Origin: Ranitomeya imitator
Taxonomy: Eukaryota
Length of the DNA stretch: 64,000 nucleotides
Assembly: GCF_032444005.1 (NCBI RefSeq)
Contig: NC_091282.1
Span: 861,738,001-861,802,000 of the forward strand
Direction: 5' to 3'
In this document: positions 55,601 to 64,000 of the stretch, one piece after another
Layout of the letters: every line of letters begins with the position of its first letter
Position numbering within the stretch: position 1 is the first letter of the stretch
The notes under the pieces: model-generated
The model's database searches: none
What the model was told of the DNA's origin: nothing
What the model saw: the letters and a program-made list of their open reading frames with translations, nothing else
Made by a program: the position numbers and the translations under genes

Positions 55601-58600
55601 ATATTGCCTCTGTGTCTGCAGCTGTTCTCCTGCTATATATTGCCTCTGTGTCTGCAGCTGTTCTTCTGCTATATATTGCCTCTGTCTGCAGCTGTTCTCC
55701 TGCTATATATTGCCTCTGTGTCTGCAGCTGTTCTCCGGCTATATATTGCCTCTGTGTCTGCAGCTGGTCTCCTGCTATATATTGCCTCTGTCTGCAGCTG
55801 TTCTCCTGCTATGTATTGCCTCTGTGTCTGCAGCTGTTCTCCGGCTATATATTGCCTCTGTCTGCAGCTGTTCTCCTGCTATATATTGCCTCTGTCTGCA
55901 GCTGTTCTCCTGCTATATATTGCCTCTGTCTGCAGCTGTTTTCCGGCTATATATTGCCTGTGTCTGCAGCTGTTCTCCTGCTATATATTGCCTCTGTCTG
56001 CAGCTGTTCTCCTGCTATATATTGCCTCTGTGTCTGCAGCTGCTCTCCTGCTATATATTGCCTCTGTCTGCAGCTGTTCTTCTGCTATATATTGCCTCTG
56101 TCTGCAGCTGTTCTCCTGCTATATATTGCCTCTGTCTGCAGCTGTTCTCCTGCTATATATTGCCTCTGTGTCTGCAGCTGTTCTCCTGCTATATATTGCC
56201 TCTGTGTCTGCAGCTGTTCTCCGGCTATATATTGCCTCTGTCTGCAGCTTTTCTCCTGCTATATATTGCCTGTGTCTGCAGCTGTTCTCCTGCTATATAT
56301 TGCCTCTGTCTGCAGCTGCTCTCCTGCTATATATTGCCTCTGTCTGCAGCTGTTCTCCTGCTATATATTGCCTCTGTCTGCAGCTGCTCTCCTGCTATAT
56401 ATTGCCTCTGTCTGCAGCTGTTCTCCTGCTATATATTGCCTCTGTGTCTGCAGCTGTTCTCCTGCTATATATTGCCTCTGTCTGCAGCTGTTCTCCTGCT
56501 ATATATTGCCTCTGTCTGCAGCTGTTCTCCTGCTATATATTGCCTCTGTGTCTGCAGCTGTTCTTCTGCTATATATTGCCTCTGTCTGCAGCTGTTCTCC
56601 TGCTATATATTGCCTCTGTGTCTGCAGCTGTTCTCCGGCTATATATTGCCTCTGTCTGCAGCTGCTCTCCTGCTATATATTGCCTCTGTGTCTGCAGCTG
56701 TTCTCCTGCTATATATTGCCTCTGTGTCTGCAGCTGTTCTCCTGCTATATATTGCCTCTGTGTCTGCAGCTGTTCTCCTGCTATATATTGCCTCTGTGTC
56801 TGCAGCTGTTCTCCTGCTATATATTGCCTCTGTGTCTGCAGCTGTTCTCCTGCTATATATTGCCTCTGTGTCTGCAGCTGTTCTCCTGCTATATATTGCC
56901 TGTGTCTGCAGCTGTTCTCCTGCTATATATTGCCTCTGTCTGCAGCTGTTCTCCTGCTATATATTGCCTCTGTCTGCAGCTGTTCTCCTGCTGTATATTG
57001 CCTCTGTCTGCAGCTGTTCTCCTGCTATATATTGCCTCTGTCTGCAGCTGTTCTCCTGCTATACATTGCCTCTGTGTCTGCAGCTGTTCTCCTGCTATAT
57101 ATTGCCTCTGTGTCTGCAGCTGTTCTCCTGCTATATATTGCCTGTGTCTGCAGCTGTTCTCCTGCTATATATTGCCTCTGTCTGCAGCTGTTCTCCTGCT
57201 ATATATTGCCTCTGTCTGCAGCTGCTCTCCTGCTATATATTGCCTCTGTGTCTGCAGCTGTTCTCCTGCTATATATTGCCTCTGTGTCTGCAGCTGTTCT
57301 CCTGCTATATATTGCCTCTGTCTGCAGCTGTTCTCCTGCTATATATTGCCTCTGTCTGCAGCTGTTCTCCTGCTGTATATTGCCTCTGTCTGCAGCTGTT
57401 CTCCTGCTATATATTGCCTCTGTCTGCAGCTGTTCTCCTGCTATATATTGCCTCTGTGTCTGCAGCTGTTCTCCTGCTATATATTGCCTCTGTCTGCAGC
57501 TGTTCTCCTGCTATATATTGCCTCTGTCTGCAGCTGTTCTCCTGCTATATATTGCCTCTGTGTCTGCAGCTGTTCTCTGGCTATATATTGCCTCTGTCTG
57601 CAGCTGTTCTCCTGCTATATATTGCCTCTGTCTGCAGCTGTTCTCCTGCTATATATTGCCTCTGTCTGCAGCTGTTTTCCGGCTATATATTGCCTGTGTC
57701 TGCAGCTGTTCTCCTGCTATATATTGCCTCTGTCTGCAGCTGTTCTTCTGCTATATATTGCCTCTGTCTGCAGCTGTTCTCCTGCTATATATTGCCTCTG
57801 TCTGCAGCTGTTCTCCTGCTATATATTGCCTCTGTGTCTGCAGCTGTTCTCCGGCTATATATTGCCTCTGTCTGCAGCTGTTCTCCTGCTATATATTGCC
57901 TCTGTGTCTGCAGCTTTTCTCCTGCTATATATTGCCTCTGTCTGCTGCTGCTCTCCTGCTATATATTGCCTCTGTCTGCAGCTGTTCTCCTGCTATATAT
58001 TGCCTCTGTCTGCAGCTGTTCTCCTGCTATATATTGCCTCTGTCTGCAGCTGTTCTCCTGCTATATATTGCCTCTGTGTCTGCAGCTGTTCTCCTGCTAT
58101 ATATTGCCTCTGTCTGCAGCTGTTCTCCTGCTATATATTGCCTCTGTGTCTGCAGCTGTTCTCCTGCTATATATTGCCTCTGTCTGCAGCTGCTCTCCTG
58201 CTATATATTGCCTCTGTCTGCAGCTGTTCTCCTGCTATATATTGCCTCTGTCTGCAGCTGTTCTCCTGCTATATATTCCCTCTGTCTGCAGCTGCTCTCC
58301 TGCTATATATTGCCTCTGTGTCTGCAGCTGTTCTCCTGCTATATATTGCCTCTGTCTGCAGCTGTTCTCCTGCTATATATTGCCTCTGTCTGCAGCTGTT
58401 CTCCTGCTATATATTGCCTCTGTCTGCAGCTGTTCTCCTGCTATATATTGCATGTGTCTGCAGCTGTTCTCCTGCTATATATTGCCTCTGTGTCTGCAGC
58501 TGTTCTCCTGCTATATATTGCCTCTGTCTGCAGCTGTTCTTCTGCTATATATTGCCTCTGTCTGCAGCTGTTTTCCGGCTATATATTGCCTGTGTCTGCA

Positions 58601-61600
58601 GCTGTTCTCCTGCTATATATTGCCTCTGTCTGCAGCTGCTCTCCTGCTATATATTGCCTCTGTCTGCAGCTGTTCTCCTGCTATATATTGCCTCTGTCTG
58701 CAGCTGTTCTCCTGCTATATATTGCCTCTGTCTGCAGCCGTTTTCCTGCTATATATTGCCTCTGTCTGCAGCTGTTCTCCTGCTATATATTGCATGTGTC
58801 TGCAGCTGTTCTCCTGCTATATATTGCCTCTGTGTCTGCAGCTGTTCTCCTGCTATATATTGCCTCTGTGTACAGCTGTTCTCCTGCTATATATTGCCTC
58901 TGTGTCTGCAGCTGTTCTCCTGCTATATATTGCCTCTGTGTCTGCAGCTGTTCTCCTGCTATATATTGCCTCTTTCTGCAGCTGTTCTCCTGCTATATAT
59001 TGCCTCTGTGTCTGCAGCTGTTCTCCTGCTATATATTGCCTCTGTCTGCAGCTGTTCTCCTGCTATATATTGCCTCTGTGTCTGCAGCTGTTCTCCTGCT
59101 ATATATTGCCTCTGTCTGCAGCTGCTCTCCTGCTATATATTGCCTCTGTCTGCAGCTGTTCTCCTGCTATATATTACCTCTGTCTGCAGCTGTTCTCCTG
59201 CTGTATATTGCCTCTGTCTGCAGCTGTTCTCCTGCTGTATATTGCCTCTGTCTGCAGCTGTTCTCCTGCTATATATTGCCTGTGTCTGCAGCTGTTCTCC
59301 TGCTGTATATTGCCTCTGTCTGCAGCTGTTCTCCTGCTATATATTGCCTCTGTCTGCAGCTGTTCTCCTGCTATATATTGCCTCTGTCTGCAGCTGTTCT
59401 CCTGCTATATATTGCCTCTGTCTGCAGCTGTTCTCCTGCTATATATTGCCTCTGTCTGCAGCTGTTCTCCTGCTATATATTGCCTCTGTCTGCAGCTGTT
59501 CTCCTGCTATATATTGCCTCTGTCTGCAGCTGTTCTCCTGCTATATATTGCCTCTGTGTCTGCAGCTGGTCTCCTGCTATATATTGCCTCTGTCTACAGC
59601 TGTTCTCCTGCTATATATTGCCTCTGTGTCTGCAGCTGTTCTCCGGCTATATATTGCCTCTGTCTGCAGCTGTTCTCCTGCTATATATTGCCTCTGTCTG
59701 CAGCTGTTCTCCTGCTATATATTGCCTCTGTCTGCAGCTGTTTTCCGGCTATATATTGCCTGTGTCTGCAGCTGTTCTCCTGCTATATATTGCCTCTGTC
59801 TGCAGCTGTTCTTCTGCTATATATTGCCTCTGTCTGCAGCTGTTCTCCTGCTATATATTGCCTCTGTCTGCAGCTGTTCTCCTGCTATATATTGCCTCTG
59901 TGTCTGCAGCTGTTCTCCGGCTATATATTGCCTCTGTCTGCAGCTGCTCTCCTGCTATATATTGCCTCTGTGTCTGCAGCTGTTCTCCTGCTATATATTG
60001 CCTCTGTCTGCAGCTGTTCTCCTGCTATATATTGCCTCTGTGTCTGCAGCTGTTCTCCGGCTATATATTGCCTCTGTCTGCAGCTGTTCTCCTGCTATAT
60101 ATTGCCTCTGTGTCTGCAGCTGTTCTCCTGCTATATATTGCCTCTGTCTGCAGCTGTTCTCCTGCTATATATTGCCTCTGTCTGCAGCTGTTCTCCTGCT
60201 ATATATTGCCTCTGTCTGCAGCTGCTCTCCTGCTATATATTGCCTCTGTCTGCAGCTGTTCTCCTGCTATATATTGCCTCTGTGTCTGCAGCTGTTCTCC
60301 TGCTATATATTGCCTCTGTCTGCAGCTGTTCTCCTGCTATATATTGCCTCTGTGTCTGCAGCTGTTCTCCTGCTATATATTGCCTCTGTGTCTGCAGCTG
60401 TTCTTCTGCTATATATTGCCTCTGTCTGCAGCTGTTCTCCTGCTATATATTGCCTCTGTGTCTGCAGCTGTTCTCCGGCTATATATTGCCTCTGTCTGCA
60501 GCTGCTCTCCTGCTATATATTGCCTCTGTGTCTGCAGCTGTTCTCCTGCTATATATTGCCTCTGTCTGCAGCTGTTCTCCTGCTATATATTGCCTCTGTC
60601 TGCAGCTGTTCTCCTGCTATATATTGCCTCTGTGTCTGCAGCTGGTCTCCTGCTATATATTGCCTCTGTCTGCAGCTGTTCTCCTGCTATGTATTGCCTC
60701 TGTGTCTGCAGCTGTTCTCCGGCTATATATTGCCTCTGTCTGCAGCTGTTCTCCTGCTATATATTGCCTCTGTCTGCAGCTGTTCTCCTGCTATATATTG
60801 CCTCTGTCTGCAGCTGTTTTCCGGCTATATATTGCCTGTGTCTGCAGCTGTTCTCCTGCTATATATTGCCTCTGTCTGCAGCTGTTCTCCTGCTATATAT
60901 TGCCTCTGTGTCTGCAGCTGCTCTCCTGCTATATATTGCCTCTGTCTGCAGCTGTTCTTCTGCTATATATTGCCTCTGTCTGCAGCTGTTCTCCTGCTAT
61001 ATATTGCCTCTGTCTGCAGCTGTTCTCCTGCTATATATTGCCTCTGTGTCTGCAGCTGTTCTCCGGCTATATATTGCCTCTGTCTGCAGCTTTTCTCCTG
61101 CTATATATTGCCTGTGTCTGCAGCTGTTCTCCTGCTATATATTGCCTCTGTCTGCAGCTGCTCTCCTGCTATATATTGCCTCTGTCTGCAGCTGTTCTCC
61201 TGCTATATATTGCCTCTGTCTGCAGCTGTTCTCCTGCTATATATTGCCTCTGTCTGCAGCTGCTCTCCTGCTATATATTGCCTCTGTCTGCAGCTGTTCT
61301 CCTGCTATATATTGCCTCTGTGTCTGCAGCTGTTCTCCTGCTATATATTGCCTCTGTCTGCAGCTGTTCTCCTGCTATATATTGCCTCTGTCTGCAGCTG
61401 TTCTCCTGCTATATATTGCCTCTGTGTCTGCAGCTGTTCTTCTGCTATATATTGCCTCTGTCTGCAGCTGTTCTCCTGCTATATATTGCCTCTGTGTCTG
61501 CAGCTGTTCTCCGGCTATATATTGCCTCTGTCTGCAGCTGCTCTCCTGCTATATATTGCCTCTGTGTCTGCAGCTGTTCTCCTGCTATATATTGCCTCTG

Positions 61601-64000
61601 TGTCTGCAGCTGTTCTCCTGCTATATATTGCCTCTGTGTCTGCAGCTGTTCTCCTGCTATATATTGCCTCTGTGTCTGCAGCTGTTCTCCTGCTATATAT
61701 TGCCTGTGTCTGCAGCTGTTCTCCTGCTATATATTGCCTCTGTCTGCAGCTGTTCTCCTGCTATATATTGCCTCTGTCTGCAGCTGTTCTCCTGCTGTAT
61801 ATTGCCTCTGTCTGCAGCTGTTCTCCTGCTATATATTGCCTCTGTCTGCAGCTGTTCTCCTGCTATACATTGCCTCTGTGTCTGCAGCTGTTCTCCTGCT
61901 ATATATTGCCTCTGTGTCTGCAGCTGTTCTCCTGCTATATATTGCCTGTGTCTGCAGCTGTTCTCCTGCTATATATTGCCTCTGTCTGCAGCTGTTCTCC
62001 TGCTATATATTGCCTCTGTCTGCAGCTGCTCTCCTGCTATATATTGCCTCTGTGTCTGCAGCTGTTCTCCTGCTATATATTGCCTCTGTGTCTGCAGCTG
62101 TTCTCCTGCTATATATTGCCTCTGTCTGCAGCTGTTCTCCTGCTATATATTGCCTCTGTCTGCAGCTGTTCTCCTGCTGTATATTGCCTCTGTCTGCAGC
62201 TGTTCTCCTGCTATATATTGCCTCTGTCTGCAGCTGTTCTCCTGCTATATATTGCCTCTGTGTCTGCAGCTGTTCTCCTGCTATATATTACCTCTGTCTG
62301 CAGCTGTTCTCCTGCTATATATTGCCTCTGTCTGCAGCTGTTCTCCTGCTATATATTGCCTCTGTGTCTGCAGCTGTTCTCCGGCTATATATTGCCTCTG
62401 TCTGCAGCTGTTCTCCTGCTATATATTGCCTCTGTCTGCAGCTGTTCTCCTGCTATATATTGCCTCTGTCTGCAGCTGTTTTCCGGCTATATATTGCCTG
62501 TGTCTGCAGCTGTTCTCCTGCTATATATTGCCTCTGTCTGCAGCTGTTCTTCTGCTATATATTGCCTCTGTCTGCAGCTGTTCTCCTGCTATATATTGCC
62601 TCTGTCTGCAGCTGTTCTCCTGCTATATATTGCCTCTGTGTCTGCAGCTGTTCTCCGGCTATATATTGCCTCTGTCTGCAGCTGTTCTCCTGCTATATAT
62701 TGCCTCTGTGTCTGCAGCTTTTCTCCTGCTATATATTGCCTCTGTCTGCTGCTGCTCTCCTGCTATATATTGCCTCTGTCTGCAGCTGTTCTCCTGCTAT
62801 ATATTGCCTCTGTCTGCAGCTGTTCTCCTGCTATATATTGCCTCTGTGTCTGCAGCTGTTCTCCTGCTATATATTGCCTCTGTCTGCAGCTGCTCTCCTG
62901 CTATATATTGCCTCTGTCTGCAGCTGTTCTCCTGCTATATATTACCTCTGTCTGCAGCTGTTCTCCTGCTGTATATTGCCTCTGTCTGCAGCTGTTCTCC
63001 TGCTGTATATTGCCTCTGTCTGCAGCTGTTCTCCTGCTATATATTGCCTGTGTCTGCAGCTGTTCTCCTGCTGTATATTGCCTCTGTCTGCAGCTGTTCT
63101 CCTGCTATATATTGCCTCTGTCTGCAGCTGTTCTCCTGCTATATATTGCCTCTGTCTGCAGCTGTTCTCCTGCTATATATTGCCTCTGTCTGCAGCTGTT
63201 CTCCTGCTATATATTGCCTCTGTCTGCAGCTGTTCTCCTGCTATATATTGCCTCTGTCTGCAGCTGTTCTCCTGCTATATATTGCCTCTGTCTGCAGCTG
63301 TTCTCCTGCTATATATTGCCTCTGTGTCTGCAGCTGGTCTCCTGCTATATATTGCCTCTGTCTACAGCTGTTCTCCTGCTATATATTGCCTCTGTGTCTG
63401 CAGCTGTTCTCCGGCTATATATTGCCTCTGTCTGCAGCTGTTCTCCTGCTATATATTGCCTCTGTCTGCAGCTGTTCTCCTGCTATATATTGCCTCTGTC
63501 TGCAGCTGTTTTCCGGCTATATATTGCCTGTGTCTGCAGCTGTTCTCCTGCTATATATTGCCTCTGTCTGCAGCTGTTCTTCTGCTATATATTGCCTCTG
63601 TCTGCAGCTGTTCTCCTGCTATATATTGCCTCTGTCTGCAGCTGTTCTCCTGCTATATATTGCCTCTGTGTCTGCAGCTGTTCTCCGGCTATATATTGCC
63701 TCTGTCTGCAGCTGCTCTCCTGCTATATATTGCCTCTGTCTGCAGCTGTTCTCCTGCTATATATTGCCTCTGTGTCTGCAGCTGTTCTCCTGCTATATAT
63801 TGCCTCTGTCTGCAGCTGTTCTCCTGCTATATATTGCCTCTGTCTGCAGCTGTTCTCCTGCTATATATTGCCTCTGTCTGCAGCTGCTCTCCTGCTATAT
63901 ATTGCCTCTGTCTGCAGCTGTTCTCCTGCTATATATTGCCTCTGTGTCTGCAGCTGTTCTCCTGCTATATATTGCCTCTGTCTGCAGCTGTTCTCCTGCT
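49690..64000. repeat. 34/36-bp satellite array (about 410 monomers), continuing past the window end
   Basis: Consensus CAGCTGTTCTCCTGCTATATATTGCCTCTG(TG)TCTG; no ORFs called; preceded by a (TG)n tract. Confidence 0.98.

Noticed and set aside
49690-64000. CRISPR-like regular ~35-bp periodicity
   Set aside because: There are no unique spacers and no cas genes, and the context is eukaryotic; it is a tandem satellite.

Overview
Eukaryotic, transposon-saturated DNA, most likely from a frog (inferred from the transposon families; organism not proven). There are no prokaryotic features or CRISPR arrays. From left to right: (1) MITEs and candidate minus-strand exons of an unidentified host gene (786-3131). 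(2) A 16.9-kb head-to-tail pair of near-identical, intact PIF/Harbinger transposons (3450-20335, outer TSD TTA). Each copy encodes a HARBI1-like DDE transposase, a spliced MADF protein and a third, six-exon Myb/SANT-like gene that the ORF track shows only in fragments. (3) A decayed Tc1 element stretched from about 1.6 kb to 12.9 kb by nested insertions (20400-33298). (4) The 5' exons and GC-rich promoter of the host gene (33752-35050). (5) A hAT element carrying a MITE with telomere-like repeats. (6) A piggyBac 3' remnant interrupted by a Penelope-like insertion containing a hammerhead ribozyme. (7) A full-length, intact chromodomain Gypsy retrotransposon (41993-47683) with an apparent self-priming PBS. 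(8) A young Tc1 carrying one nonsense codon (47852-49457). (9) A 34/36-bp satellite over 14 kb long that runs off the window. The best candidate for an undescribed system is the three-gene Harbinger. All coordinates and comparisons were made by eye.
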